Shown: positions 40,915-55,209 of the stretch, piece after piece | How positions within the stretch are numbered: the first letter of the stretch is position 1 | Layout of the letters: each line of letters begins with the position of its first letter | From: Kudoa neothunni | Taxonomy: Eukaryota > Animalia > Cnidaria | Direction: 5' to 3' | Length of the DNA: 64,000 nucleotides | Assembly (NCBI GenBank): GCA_964304625.1 | Contig: OZ199838.1 | Coordinates: forward strand, 15,241,650-15,305,649 | The notes under the pieces: generated by a model | The model's database searches: none | What the model was told of the DNA's origin: nothing | What the model saw: only the letters and a program-made list of their open reading frames with translations | Translations under genes and position numbers: made by a program

Positions 40915-40985
40915 TATAACCCAGTGGTGTGGTGACCGGGCTCAATATCTTGAGGTATCTGGTTCAATTCCCGCCGCTGATCAAT
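40915..40985 (+). other. tRNA-like head, probable second SINE family
   Basis: A-box-like CAGTGGT and B-box GGTTCAATTCCC (40961-40972); single copy, no full cloverleaf. Confidence 0.3.
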
Positions 40986-41149
40986 CTATTGTTTCCGAAT
41001 GAGTATGACTCTATCCCATAATAGATAGGAGTTGTTGTTATAATGCGAGAGCATTACGAGTTTAACCCATAACGGGTTTCATATCTAAATCTTTAAAAAA
41101 TTTAAACTGCAAACAGAGCATAATTATTAATGATAAAGCGTAAAAAATT

Positions 41150-42960
41150 TCTTCTAGAATCATTTGGGAAGTTTGAAGATAATTCAAAATACAAAAATGC
41201 CGAAAGGGGCACGATAAACGACCGACGTGCATTTCTCCAATTTAGCGCTGGTACGTTTGCATCGATGAAAATTACAATAATATATAAATAATACGTCAAA
41301 ATATTATGGTTTATGATAAACCTTTGAGAATTTGGTATGTATGTAGTTTTTGCACATTAGACACAAATAGATAGTGTTTTATATAAACGGCGCATTTATG
41401 TCCTTTTTCAATGGGTTGGAGCTCATTGTTAGACAATCACACAACAAAGCAGCATGAATATTTTCTTGTGATGATCTTCTAATAATTTTTTCAGTGCGGT
41501 CGGTTCGGATCATATTGGCCACAATGCGCCTAATATAAGTCAATAGTTTTATGTTGCATTTATTCTTATAATTCAGCCATTTGAAAGAATTGACCGCTGC
41601 AATTGAGATAACATTCCTAAACAAGGGCCAACACCACTTTTCACTCTGTAATCGGATATATTATTGTCCGTGATGTCAATTCCTCCCATATGCTTGTTAT
41701 ACATATACGAAAAATATGCCTGGTCTATCGTCACATACCACTTTCTGATTTAACAATAACGTTTTGAATTTTGAGCCGGCTCGACAGAAAGCTTATTGCT
41801 GAGAAAGTCAGTTAAGTGCGATCGTTCCAATAAACACCAATTATCTTGGTTGAGAAATCTTCGTAGGTTTCATAAAAACCTCTAGGTTTCTTTTCCATTG
41901 CCTTACGATTTGTCTATGGGCATTTAAATGTCCGTTTTAACCTCACTGTTCCCATGGCATTTGCATTTCTCTTCTTCATTTCAGCCATTAATTTATGAGA
42001 TGAAAAAATTATCAAAAAAACATGAACATCACTTCTTTTATCAAGTTCGTTGATTAATTTTAACACAACACTACCACCTAAACCAAAACACTTGCGATAC
42101 GATTCTAACTTACCAGAGTACACATTAAAACTGTAAATATAACTATTAAAAGATGCTAAACCCCATTTCTTTAAGCCACAACGAACCGGTTTCCCTTGCA
42201 TGTACATTTTGCAGCATGATGACCTGTGAATGGTATCATTTATTTGTTATTTGCAAAGTTATCGTAAACGTAGCCAATTTTTTAAGATTATTATTCATTT
42301 TTTCAAGTAGCGGTCTTACTTTGAAAAGTTTATCATTTTTAACCAATTCTGAATTGTCGTTAAAATGTAGGTATATTTTTATTAATTTGAATCTATTGCA
42401 TGGCATTGACTTTTTCGCTAGTTAAACATTGCCGCCAATAGTAGATTCCCATTACACACGTTTTTTGGATAATTTATTATATCCCGTTAATAATCAAATT
42501 CCGACGAAACATTTGAGTTCCTTTATCGTCAAATGAAATTTACGGTTGTTCTTTTGTTTAACGAACGAATTTGCTTTTTACCATACGTAATAACAAGTTT
42601 TCGTCAAAAAACTCAAGAAAATTTTCATACGACTCATACACGTCTGAGTAATCATTGTAGATATTGTCTGTACTATGGGTTGTCATGTCTTCATTCATTG
42701 CGTTCGTGGATGAATGCAACAGGGGATGATTTTATACAACGATGGTCCGCCATTTTCGAAATAAACGAAGGTTTCTACTTCGCCACATATAGGGGGAACA
42801 GCTCCAATATCAATGTTGTCGTAGTCTCTGTGGACGAATTCTTACTCTTCATCAGTCAATGTATCCATAAGGTTTGGGGTATGGCCACAAAATCAATTGT
42901 ATTTGGTAAGCTATTAATATTTTCGATAACATCGACTAAGTTTCTGCACCTCATCTTGAA
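41150..42960 (-). pseudogene. piggyBac (PGBD2/3-like) transposase remnant
   Basis: MQGKPVRCGLK.W, YSGK..GLGGSVV, AMGTVR, YNKHMGGID, KWCWPLF..AVNS and a Cys-rich tail; many lesions. Confidence 0.85.
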
Positions 42961-43533
42961 ATTTTTACTGCGAGATCAACAAAAAGATTAATTGAGAAAT
43001 CGCACGTTGGTGATTTATCGTGCCCTTTTCAGCGCCGTTTTATTTTGATAACTATTTGTAGCACTCTTATATCTTTTTTTTTATTTTCACTTATATTAAA
43101 CTTTTGTTCATATATTATTATATGCCGAAAATATAATATTTATTAATAACAATCAAGTGGAATTCCTGTTCTATTTGTATGGCGTCACATTACAGGAGTA
43201 ATATAGGACAGTATCTGGCCGAACGTAAAATATATTTAATTAATATTTTTTTATGATATAGAAATTATATATGTGAATCATATATTCTAGAATTACATTA
43301 TTACACAAATTATTGTAAGTTTTAGAGAGGTGTGAAGACATTGCCGAAAAAGGGAACGAAAAACCACTATGGATTAATTTCACCTGCAATTATAATTTGA
43401 TCTAGTAGAGGAGGTTGAATTATGTTTAACGCAAAAAAAACCAATGACAACAATAACAACAAGATAAAAGGTGGCACTTATGTCAACTTTTTGTTAAGCT
43501 CGCAACTGCTAAACAAACACACATAATTAGGTT

Positions 43534-44371
43534 CAGTGGCCGGTTTTACGCACTTTTTGGGACGTGCATTACAGAGAATTATTCAATTATTTATTAAATA
43601 AATTAATAAAAATGCTCAAATTCTGATAAAAACGTTAAATATTTTTTAAGTGAAAGTACAGCTGTTAACCGGGTTTGAGTAATCCCTTCGGGATCGCGGA
43701 AAATGTGTGTGAAATTGATAACGTCCAGTTTTACTTTATTTGCGCGCGTATATAACAATATCCGTAGCTATTTAATAGAATTTAATTGCATAAATTTAAG
43801 AGACAAATAATTTTTTTTCAGAAATAAAATAATTAATTGTTTTGGTTGCCAAAAATTCGTCCAAATATTTGAAATATGGCTTTTACCATTGCGAGCATGA
43901 TAATCAATCTTTTTTGTCAAACATGGATAATTTTTTAAACCCATTTTAATAAATTCGCAAATGAAGAAAATAACCAATTCGTGTTCAATCATTTATAAAA
44001 TTTTATTTGTTTCTTAAGGTGCCATACGGGTTGGATATGGAGGATATGTCTGGTTCTTTATAGTAACAAAATTGGCAGCTTTCGTGGAGATATTGTGGAT
44101 TTATTTTATTATTTCATTTTTCGATTGTTTTTGATTTGATTTAATTCTTTCGAACATTAAACAAAATGCATCTATTTTTTCAAAAACGTTCCGAAAGAAG
44201 TGCGTAAAACCGGCGAGTCACGTGATTAACCATCTGGAATTTTCGCAACCTTATTATATTATTTAGATCCAAATTCTTTGATAAAAACATTAAAAAAATA
44301 TTGTATATTGATTGCACAATTGATTATTTAATTTGTGTTTCTTTTTAAAAAATACGTAAAACCGGCCACTG
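43534..44371. mobile_element. TIR element (hAT- or Tc1-type MITE)
   Basis: 17-bp TIR CAGTGGCCGGTTTTACG with an extra internal partial copy near 44200; TAATTAGGT occurs near both flanks but the TSD is ambiguous. Confidence 0.65.
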
Positions 44372-46070
44372 ACTGTAATTAGGTGTTTGAATCGTCGGGA
44401 ATGCACTAACAGGCGTGAAATCTCTCTAAAGCTAAAGTCTTCGTGGATGAGGTTTGGGTTCGCGATTGACCTGAAAACGATGATTAATAGATTAAACCTC
44501 CACATTATTGTAGGAAGACAAGGGATGAAGGGTAAATGTTACTCGTCCTGTGGTTCCTACAACGTTAATGGGAGTGGTCTAACCAAACATAACTTCATAT
44601 CCTAAAAAGTCGAGCCAGGGGCTTTATCTTGTAAACAAAAAAATCGATAGTTTGTGACTCCCGGTTTTTACTTGAATAAAGAGAATGTGTATTAACAAAT
44701 ATATTGTCATCAGAATCGGATGATAATAATTCGAATTCCTTATATTTCTCAATGTCGATGATTTCACTGCAGTCTCTACCATTTTTACCGGAAACTGTAT
44801 CATCATGCTATGATGATCATAGTCACTCGTCTTTGAATCTCGCTATATTTGACATAGGCAGGATTTATCCGTATATTTTTATTCTTTAATTTCTAGTTAA
44901 TTAACGGATAGAATTTGTGAAAATTTTAATTTTTGTGAGCAAGAAAGTTTCTTAATTTGTTGGTAAAATAAAATTACAGAATCTATTAGTTTAATAAACC
45001 CCCATAAGCAGCAAGTATATAAAAATTCTTCGTTTTATTACTAAATGATATTTTTCAAATTGAATTAAAGCATTACATAAATCAAATTTTTAGAAAAAAC
45101 AAAAAGTATATAAAATATTCTTTACATCAGAGAGTACATTAAAATAAAATTCCAATACTCTCGGAGGTCCATTAGATCCCAAAATCGTTGAGAAGGTTAA
45201 CATCGATTGAATCATTCAGTTACCGTTCTATTTAAGGCAATTGGTAATTTTGGAACTTTCCCAATCTTAATTGTATTATTTTGAAAAAATATTTCATTTT
45301 TATAAATAATAAAAAAAAGTAATTAGAGAATGTCCGAAAAATCGAAGATTATGAACCTTAATGGGAAAAACGATGCTTTGCGTATAGTCGTAAGCACGTT
45401 CAAAAAATAAAAATGGGATTAACAATAAATGAAACCGGTTAAATTCTCTTACACAATTATAAGACTAGGTAAAAAATACCCTTTAAAACAAACAAAATGT
45501 AACCAAAGTTTTGGCTACAAGCTGACTTCATATCGCATTGAAAAAACTCGATTTAGATGTATTTAGTTGAAACTTACGTATAAGTAGGGATCGCAGTTTT
45601 TGACGGCTAATTTTAAACAATTCGATGACAAAAATCGACATTTATGTTGGTTTGTTCTGCAATGCATACGCAAACATGGTTAAACATTTTAAATAAAAGA
45701 AATGTGAAACAAGAAACCAATAAAAAATTTTCTTATCACATAGTGACAGCAGATATACGTCAATAACAATAACAAAAACTAAATTTTCTTAATTTTGACA
45801 TTTTTTCTATCGAAAAAAATAACTGGCAGAGAAAAGTTTAGAAACGGGTTTTTTACGAACTATGTTTCCTTTACTTTATTTTCTTGTAAATTCTATTTTG
45901 TCGCAGAGACAACTTCATTTTCCACCTTCTCTATGTCGATCCATTCAATATGAAAACTATCAATTTCTCTCTGGTTACCACACCTTTCAAGTTTTTTGGA
46001 AGATTTCGAATTTCCCGGCACATAAACGTCAAAAACTTTTTAAAAATTCGGCCACTAAACGCGATTTTAA

Positions 46071-47234
46071 CCCTCAGGGACACGTGCAAAAAACTTCACT
46101 CGAACGCACGCTTGGGGTCCATTGGACCACAGGAGGTAAAATTGGTTTATTTTGTAACATACCACTGTAAATAATTGATACTGAAAACAATTATTACATA
46201 TTGTGTTAAGATGTTATTTACAAAACGAATTTAAATTGTTAAACAACGTAGTTCTCGTTGTTCTATCATTTTGACGAACACAGAGATGACACCGCTGTTT
46301 TTGAAATAAGGTTAAATTATTTCATATAATTTATATTTATCGCTTCTATAAGATCTTTAAATAAATATATAATTATTTATACCTTTTATATTGAATTAAT
46401 ATTCTATAAGTCGTATAAAAAACGATTTCAAGAAGTCTTCTTCGGATTGGGTTTTCTGCTTTCATACAGTATAATGCATGTGTATTTATTGACACAATAT
46501 CTAACAAAGTGTGAAACATAACCGTTGGCCATTAAAACGTTATTTGATGGATTAAATAATTAACAAACATGACCATCTGTGATTCTTCCCTTTGCAGAAT
46601 GAAATAATTTCTGGGAATTTTTTTGGATGTTGTAAATTAATTATTGGTCTATGATACAACGAGTTTAACAAAGTAACGGAATTTTAAAATTTAAAGTTAT
46701 TTTTGGTCAATTATTTATTTCGCTAACTATACTGTTTAATAATTTATCCATGAAAAATTAACTTCAAGTATCATTTTCTGTAATAACATTATCAGGAATA
46801 TCGATTATGCGTTAATGTTTGATAATATTGTACTTCCTCTTTGTAGAAAATGATTTTACAGAGTAAACAGACAAATCGGATTTTTTACCACAAAGTCTAT
46901 CTTCGTTAGATTCAAAAATTTCTCATATTGAACCATTTTTACTTAGATCATCTTAAGTTTTATTTTCACAATATTTAGAACAGGATTCATCGCTTTTTTC
47001 TTCCGATAAATAATCATAACAAAAGTTGCTGCTACAAGATTTCATGTCCACGTCTGACATTTGCACTGCCATCTCACAGCTAAAATTATTTTTAAAATCT
47101 ATTATCAATAAACGATTAAATAGACAAAAATATGAGAATAAAAAATTTTTAAAGCAAAAGATGACTCCAGTTAAGGGTTTAGGCGAGGTTAAATTTACGT
47201 GGGGTCCATTGGACCCCATGGTCGCTCCGAAGGG
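46071..47234 (-). mobile_element. piggyBac deletion derivative
   Basis: TTAA-CCC...GGG-TTCA; GGGGTCCATTGGACC at both ends; remnant WPTVMFHTLLDIVSINTHALY (~46465-46532). Confidence 0.8.
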
Positions 47235-47619
47235 TTCATCGACAATTGCGATCCCTAATTATAAGATCATTATGTTCAACGTAAACGATAAATCATTAAA
47301 TATTTAAAGAAACTAATTATTTATGAAATTTCCTATTTTGATATTAGTTTTATAGTACTGGCATTGATTTTTTATTATTAAATTGGACAATTCTCTATTA
47401 TAAAGATTTTTGTTGGGTTAAAAAACTCAATTTATGCTCCATTAAGGCTAGAAATACATTAAACAATAAAATGGATAATTACGAACTGCACAGAATATTT
47501 TATCATGAATTATGACACAAAAAATTTGGATCGGCGAACAAATACTATTTATAGATAAAATCGTTAATATTACATCGAAAAAAATCTACAAACAAGCACA
47601 GCAGGCGTACATCCGATAC

Positions 47620-50150
47620 CTACGAATATATGACCCTGTTTTGAGATGCATTTGAAGATTTGACCGAGGTAGCCCCTTTAGTGCCATCAAGTGTGAAATA
47701 TGTTTTAAAATTTAAATTGTCGGCAGTTAACCATTCGGCGGCAGCTTTGCTGACATTCCTCATATATTTTCTATTGGTTTCGATGATGTCGGTAAAAAAG
47801 ACGAATTCGTTTCTAACAAAAGTTCTCAATATTTCAACTCAATCAATTTATATTACTTTTTTTGGAAAATACAAGACGAAGGATGAATATTTATCAGTTG
47901 CTTTTTGTGTAATGTTAAGTAACTTTTACCTGTAGATATCAAGATCAAATGAAGTGATTGTATTCAAACTGGAAAATACCGTTAGGTTGAAGTTGAGCGC
48001 AATTCATGTACAATCCATGAAGCATCAATCTTCGAATTTGCTCAGATGAATGTTCAGGTGAGAGGCCACCTGAGTTGGTTAACGAATAGTTGGATTTTAG
48101 TAGGATCTTGATAAGCTGAGATCTAGCTTTGACGGCACTTCTCCAACAAGAAGGATTCACTTTGTACTTGATACACCATTCATTGATCATAACGTTGAGG
48201 GGTCGGTTCACTAGGTGACGACGTTAATTCAGTAGAAATTTCTCCCATTAAATGAAAAACACAAATTACATTTCTTGCATTGTGATATATTGACTTGATA
48301 AGAATTCCATAAATTTAACAGCATAATTAGGTCACCATCGAACGATGCAAAGTTCAACCGACAGTCTATGCTACTACTATCGTGGGAGCTAACGTTATCA
48401 GATTTAGATGTGTAAAGTAGATTTTCTTCGTTCAATAGTGCAACAATAGTGACAATTTCATCGGTGCATCTGGTCTGTGTGCCAGCAGCCACAATGCATC
48501 TCGAGTAGATAGGATCTAGCGGAAATTTGATCATTTCAGATCCCAACTTGGTTATCTGATGGTGAGAATCGATAGCGCCAAGTGATTTCAATTTCTCCAG
48601 CGAAGCTCTCACAGTGATTTGATCTGGTTGATCGAACCACATGAAATTGGGAACATCGTTTATTCCCATAGATATCAGAACAAGGGAAATGTACGAGAGG
48701 TTGCAACGTAACACTTCAGGGATGGTATCTTCTTGAAGTTTGTTGAAAAAGGTGTGCTCGCAGAACAGTCGATAACAGTGACCTTTTGCTAGTCGGCCAG
48801 CTCTGCCAGCGCGCTGTCTAGCTTGTGAGCGTGACACAGGGGTAACCACCAAACTTTCAATGTTTGTGTTAGGACAAAATTCTGTCAAAATTAATACCAT
48901 TACAAACTCCAATGACAACCTACAACCAACGATAATTCGAACACTTACTTTTCATTTTCACCACACCACTATCGATAACACAATGGATTCCGGGAATGGT
49001 GATGGATGTTTCGGCAATGTTGGTGGCTAACACAATTTTTCTGGTACCCTTGGGAGTGGAATTGAAAACTTTCAGTTGAAAATGGGATGAAAGTGCAGCA
49101 TATAGCGGACACAACTCCACTTTTCTCAGATCTAAAAAAGATTTGTCAAATTGCAATAGAACTAGGCACAAAAAGCTATAAAACAGAATGTATACCGTAG
49201 TTTCTACAAAAATCCCCTATCAACTCTTTCATCGATTCGATTTCATCCTGTCCGGTGAGAAATACCAATATTCCGCATCTACACATCAGCTAAACACTCA
49301 TTTTAAAAATTATAACCAACTCGATTGGTAGTTCTTTATGAAGTTGAATGGTTGAAGTGAAACAGGCGTTGAAATAATCCACAGGATCATCTTTCATGTA
49401 GTAGTATTCGATGGGATGCTGTCTACCAGCTATGTAAAAAGTTTTAGCGCCAAAAAATTGTTCAAATTTATCGGCTTTAATAGTGGCTGACATGATGATA
49501 ATTTTGAGCGGAGGTTTATTTGTCTGAATTTTATTTTAAAAGACGGTTAAATTAAAAAAAATTCTCGCCCACCTTTTCACGCATAATCTGCGCTTTTTTA
49601 ACTACTCCAAACAATATATCTGTGTGTAAAGATCTTTCGTGGGCTTCGTCAATAATCACATACGTGTACCTCATCAGATAGGGGTCACTTATAGATTCTC
49701 TAAGTAGAGATCCGTCTGTCGAAAACACCAATGCACTCTCGTTTGAAGTCATATCTTCGTAACGAACAGTGTATCCTACCAAGTTACCAACGATGCAGTT
49801 CATCGTGCGAGCCACATGCTGGGCGATTGATATTGCCGCAACTCTTCTCGGCTGGGTACAAACAACCCGTCCCGTCTTACCTTTGCAGCAGCTTTCCAAT
49901 ACAATCCTTGGTATTAGCGTTGTTTTTCCACTTCCAGTTTCACTGATCACGATAAGATTTTGGTTGGAATTCAGAAACTCATCAACTCATTTTTTACTCG
50001 ATGCACTGGGAGTTGTTGTTCTGGTGGATTAATGTTGTTATGATTAGGAGATATTTTATGTGATTTGTTTTTATTTGAGCTATAAGGCTTTAATGCAAAT
50101 TTTAATTTGCTAAAACCCTTTAGGGGAGCCCAACTTTTAGGGGGCTTCAT
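47620..50150 (-). CDS. DHX33: DEAH-box RNA helicase DHX33, one frameshift near 49980
   Basis: LPV..ETGSGKTT, TQPRRVAA, DEAHERSLHTDILFGVVK, MSAT, GRQHPI, FLTGQDEIE, ATNIAETSITI, QRAGRAGR, HA2 domain, IHPSS; the introns checked are in phase. Confidence 0.9.
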
Positions 50151-52573
50151 AATATTATGCACGCATGCGTGACTCGACCTTAAAGCGTGTTCACACTTTT
50201 TCTTTGAACTCCTTACAATAAAATAAGAATAACGTATTTGTTAAGTTGGTCAAAGTAAGGATTATTTAATTTAGAGATATACTCTTTACAGTTAATAATT
50301 GGTGTTGCGCACCTTTTGGGTGGGGGGATTGGGGAAGGGTACGCAATTGCTTGCGAATGCAGTAAAATTTGTGTATTATTGTTAAAATAAATTAATCCGC
50401 AGGTATGTTTCCCAAAAAGTATAAATGCGGATTTTTCTTTAAGTTTAATAGTTTTGGATATCATATCCATCATTTGGTAGAAATCATTCAATCCAACTGT
50501 ATTTTTAAGGTAAAATGTCCCGTGTATTTTATCGAGTACATATCTCAGTTTCTAATATTCTCGAATATTTGATGTGGTCATTTTGTTGTGAATAAAATTA
50601 TTTTCTCTTCAAATAAATTTCGATTTTTTTGTCTATTTTTAATATTTTTTATTAGTAATTATAGGCATGTACTGTGTATTCAAAACAATGTAAGTTACAC
50701 TATTAAATTTGTATTAATTTAAAATTAAGTAATATTTTAAAAAATGAATCCTTATTTTTTAGTTTATAAATTTTTTTATTTCTTAATTAAAAGAATATAT
50801 GACTAATAATGAAAAATATGTACTAATGGGGGTTTAAATTTTTATATTCTAATGATTTAGAGCTATAATTGTCGTATAAGATAAACTATAACATTATTAT
50901 AAAGATACAACAATGTATTTTCACCGTTTTGGCATAAAGAATGCGTAATCTTTTTTATTTCTTTGTAATTTGTTTGCGCTTAACTTTATTTATTGTCTAT
51001 CAACTCACTTTCCTAAATAAATGTTTAATTGAAAATTGATAAGATAATTCAATATTATGGCTATTTTTAATAAACAACGAAGATTTGGAATTTTAGAAGC
51101 ACAAAATTACGTTACCTTGTCCAATTCTAACGACAACTTCATTCGTGTTCTTTGTTCATTGCTTCATTTTACATTTAAACATAATGCATTTGTAGGTCGT
51201 TATTACGCATCTTTGGAATGTTTATAATGGAAAGTAATAAATGTTTTGCCCCATATAGTCCTTAGATTTTGTAGACACACTAAAATTTAACAACAAATCT
51301 CTATATTAGTATAGCGTATAATTGTTTTAAAAAGTTGTTATACAAACTAATTTTTTATTTCATCATTTTAATAATCAACATAAAGTTGAATGATAATGAT
51401 TTAATTCATTTGGTCCTTTTTACATCTTTATGGGAATTTTTTGCGGAAAATCCCCTAAGTTTGTTAGTATTCAATAGATGTTAATTTTGTTAAGATTGTT
51501 GACGGTTAATCAGATCATTTCGAGATTCTATTCAACCACATATGTTTTTTATTGTCAATTTTTGCACTAATATTAAGCTCTCAAATATATATTTCGATAA
51601 AAATAAATTTTTATGTGAAAATCTAATATATAGTTTTATATTAATCATATTCCAAGAATATCTGCATTATTACAATTAGTGATGTGTAATAACCATATCA
51701 AAGTTAGTATAACTATTTTAAATCTCTCTTTAAAATTTAGAATATGGTTAACGATTGATTAATATTTAGATAGAATAGTTATTACCACCTATGTTGATTT
51801 TATAATCTATGCAATAAATTAGAGTAAATTTTACTATAAACAAATACAATAAGGAAAGAGTCAAAAACTCATATTATAGAAATATTTTTCGAGGTTTCTC
51901 TACAATACCAACACTCATCATTTACAATGAACAAATCTATTTAAGTTTGAAAAGTAATATGCTATGAAATCCAGGTTTTAGCAACTTTATTGACGTTGGA
52001 AAAATTTATAATTGAACGACATATTTATTTAAAGTCATATTTTAGTAGTTTAGTGATAGTTGTGTAATAAATTGCTATTTAATTATTCCTATAAATATAA
52101 ATATATATATATATAGAAAAGAGTTGAAACCAACGTTAATCTAGTTAGATTTAACAACAATCTAATAATACGAATAATTAATACGCAATGTCTATCTACG
52201 TAATAGCCATTCATGATTGTATTTAGGTTTAAATAATTTTTTAAACTAACTTTAGGGTGCACGCATGGGTTCTAATAACCCTGTTCAATTTTAATTGATA
52301 TTTACCTCCCATTTAAGTTTCCCATGCCACCTTAAAATCGATACATCTGCTTTATTTCATGAATAAATATGATTTTAGAGAAATATCATTTAAAATGGTA
52401 TAAAAGTATTTCGAAAATTTTTTATTAAATAATATTTAATCAGTTACGCCAAGAAAATCATCAAATAAAAATAGACACAATAAAATTATGAATTGAAAAG
52501 GGTTCATTACAAAGACAGAGTACCTACCACAACTGTGAGGGGGTTATATGTGGTAGGTACCTGTCGCTACGAA

Positions 52574-53829
52574 TTACATAATTGTAGAAGTCGCTAGGTT
52601 ACTTATCGCTATGCGATTCAAAAGACGATGAGGTGTATTTTTCTTTGTCTTTGGCAGCGTTAGAACTATTTTCAGTCAGTTAGTTGATTATTAGCAAAAA
52701 AAAAATAAATTTAAATACGAGCGACGTTTTAATATAATACTGTCCCCTGGTTTGAGAAGATGAGGTTTTCTTTTACATTCGATAGGCTGATCTAAATTTA
52801 AAAAAAATTAACGATTTAATGGAAACTCAAATGAGGTACCTTTAGCTGCGTCAGTTTTTGGTGTATGCAAAAATTGAAGAAATACTTCATTATCCAGCTT
52901 CATCTGTTGCGTTCCATTGGAGAACTTTTCAACGAGGAGACGATGAATCTGTTACACAATTATGAGAAGTATTCATTTAAATTAATATTAAGTTAATTAT
53001 AATTTTCAGTTTCTTTTTTGGGTATGACATACGAATTTTAACATATAGAAACTTACTCTATGTGATTCTTCCCCATCAAATTTCTCCAACTCTAAAAAAA
53101 ATCCCAAGTTTGGATTCACTTGTTTGCGTATATTTCGTAAAAATTCGATAGTTTTAGCAAAACTGGAACAAAATAGCGTTAATAAATAAGCCAACACAAT
53201 TGTGGGAGATCTTGATATTCCTTCTCGACTATAAAATGTGATTGGAATGATTTTAAACAATTAACTAATTTTTTTGAAGAAAATAATATTGGAAATCTTT
53301 TTTGGATGAGTTGGACGTAAAAAATAGACAAATTACCAATGAACTAATACTCCCTTTTTCTCAATTCTAAACAAAAATACAAAATATTTTGATGTAATGA
53401 GTAAGTACCTCTTGGAATGGATGTAGAGACAAAGCTCTTCAAAATGTTCAGTTCTTCAATGAAAAAATCAACCCAACCCTCTAACTAACATCAAATCATA
53501 CAATGTGGATTCAGATCCATCATGAGTTAATATTTGTTTGTATTCAATAAACTTAATAATATAAATAAAGTTTAAATAATATCAAATAGATTATTTACGT
53601 CGTATTTATGAGGATTTTGATATCTGGTTATTGAAATTATGCATGAGATTTTGTTTTTCTTCAGAAAGTCCAGGTTCCGTGATGCTAAACAACTCCGCTT
53701 AGATGGGTATTTTTATGGATTATATCCTACTTTCAAGATCACCCAAATATAGATTTTCTAACACCTATTATGAATATTTATTTATATTATTTCTATAATT
53801 GTTATTACCTTGTCACAAGAATAAGACAT
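52574..53829 (-). CDS. Atypical dual-specificity phosphatase, DUSP22/DUSP15-like
   Basis: MSYSCDK|VLENLYLGDLE|..HFEE..VLVHCREGISRSPTIVLAYL..NPNLGF; intact CX5R split by an intron; last exon and stop position uncertain. Confidence 0.85.
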
Positions 53830-54423
53830 TACTGCTGATGACAAGAGGTGGATGAAAATGTTTGGTTGACAATTGAAATAAATCAAGATGACGCTAATTT
53901 CTATACATTTATATATTTAGTTGGTAAGCTGAATATATTTAAAATTTGTTAATTAAAACTTGGATAAAATATTGTGTATGTCGAGTAAAACACTATTTCT
54001 AGAAACATATCTAACTACTTTGGGATTTCTTCAGACGCCAACTTTCCACCTAAACGATATAAATCGGATACCTATAAAATTATGAATTAACCCACGACAA
54101 TATCTATTGATTCTAGGAATTATTCATTATGCCTGAAGGTTAAGCCGATCTTTCTCTCTCGGCTTATTCATACTGCTAAACACGTATAAGTACAAAATTT
54201 TAGCTTAAAACGTAAGATTGTTACATAACTGAAGTTTATTTTGCAATATTAATGTAACATAAATTCAGTTTTAAGAAATACAGTTTAATTTAATGTGTAA
54301 ACCTAATTCTTAGCATCGTGAACGACTGTCAGTTTTTCAAAATTTTTATCTCAAACCATCACGATCATTTTGTAAATTATATTGATAATTATTCTCTCGG
54401 CAGATAATCGATTATTTATATGT

Positions 54424-54760
54424 ATAATGAAGAAAAAGAGTTTTCAGAATTTCACTGTACCTTCGTCGGTAGACGGTGGCTGGATTATGGTCTTTCTCCT
54501 TACTTGGGTGACATCGATCACACTTTTTATCTCCTAGACACAATGCTTCTTTTCATTTCAATTGTATATTTTAAGAATAATTGCTGGATTCATCCAGAAA
54601 AGGTATTCACTTAATTAATCACTCGTTATCAAAACAAATGTTTTTTCAAAGGGACCGCACTTTTAGACATTATCATTTGTTTTCTTTAACCAACATTACT
54701 AGACTTTCATTATAACCTCAATATACTGCGTCTTATTGACATTACATAATATATCTGTTG
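54424..54760 (+). pseudogene. Possible SLC16/MCT transporter N-terminal fragment
   Basis: PSSVDGGWIMVFLLTW resembles the PDGGWGW motif; followed by stops. Confidence 0.25.
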
Positions 54761-55209
54761 GTATGTATATATATATATATATATATAATATATATATATA
54801 TATACAACTATTGTTATTAAAATAAATGAATGTGGCTATTTGCATGGAAAATAATATCAGTTATGTATAATTTGGACTATATATGGTAATGGTAAAGTAT
54901 GTGACTCCAGAAAAACACCATCTTCCGCAAGTTTTTTCTCGTTTTTTTCTTTTGCGATTATCAATAATAAATTAAAAGAATACCGAGTGCAAATATTGAG
55001 CTCAAATTAATTACTTCTAAATTTTTGCCTAATTCTTATTCGGCAACAGTCGGATACGCTTGTAATCTACATCGTTTTGCAATAAACACTGGAAAATAGC
55101 TTATTATTTTCTTATTTCACAAATTATCCAAAATTTATATTTTATGTTATTTTTATTAGCAACGGTATTAAATTTTCCTGCGTTTGTTTATCACGCGGAA
55201 ACGGCTATC

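Noticed and set aside
42533-42991. 152-aa plus-strand ORF
   Set aside because: Antisense to the piggyBac transposase remnant; no recognisable domain.
44400-45196. Additional piggyBac 5' fragment ending GAGAAGG-TTAA
   Set aside because: Only one terminus and an acidic stretch; the partner end could not be placed.
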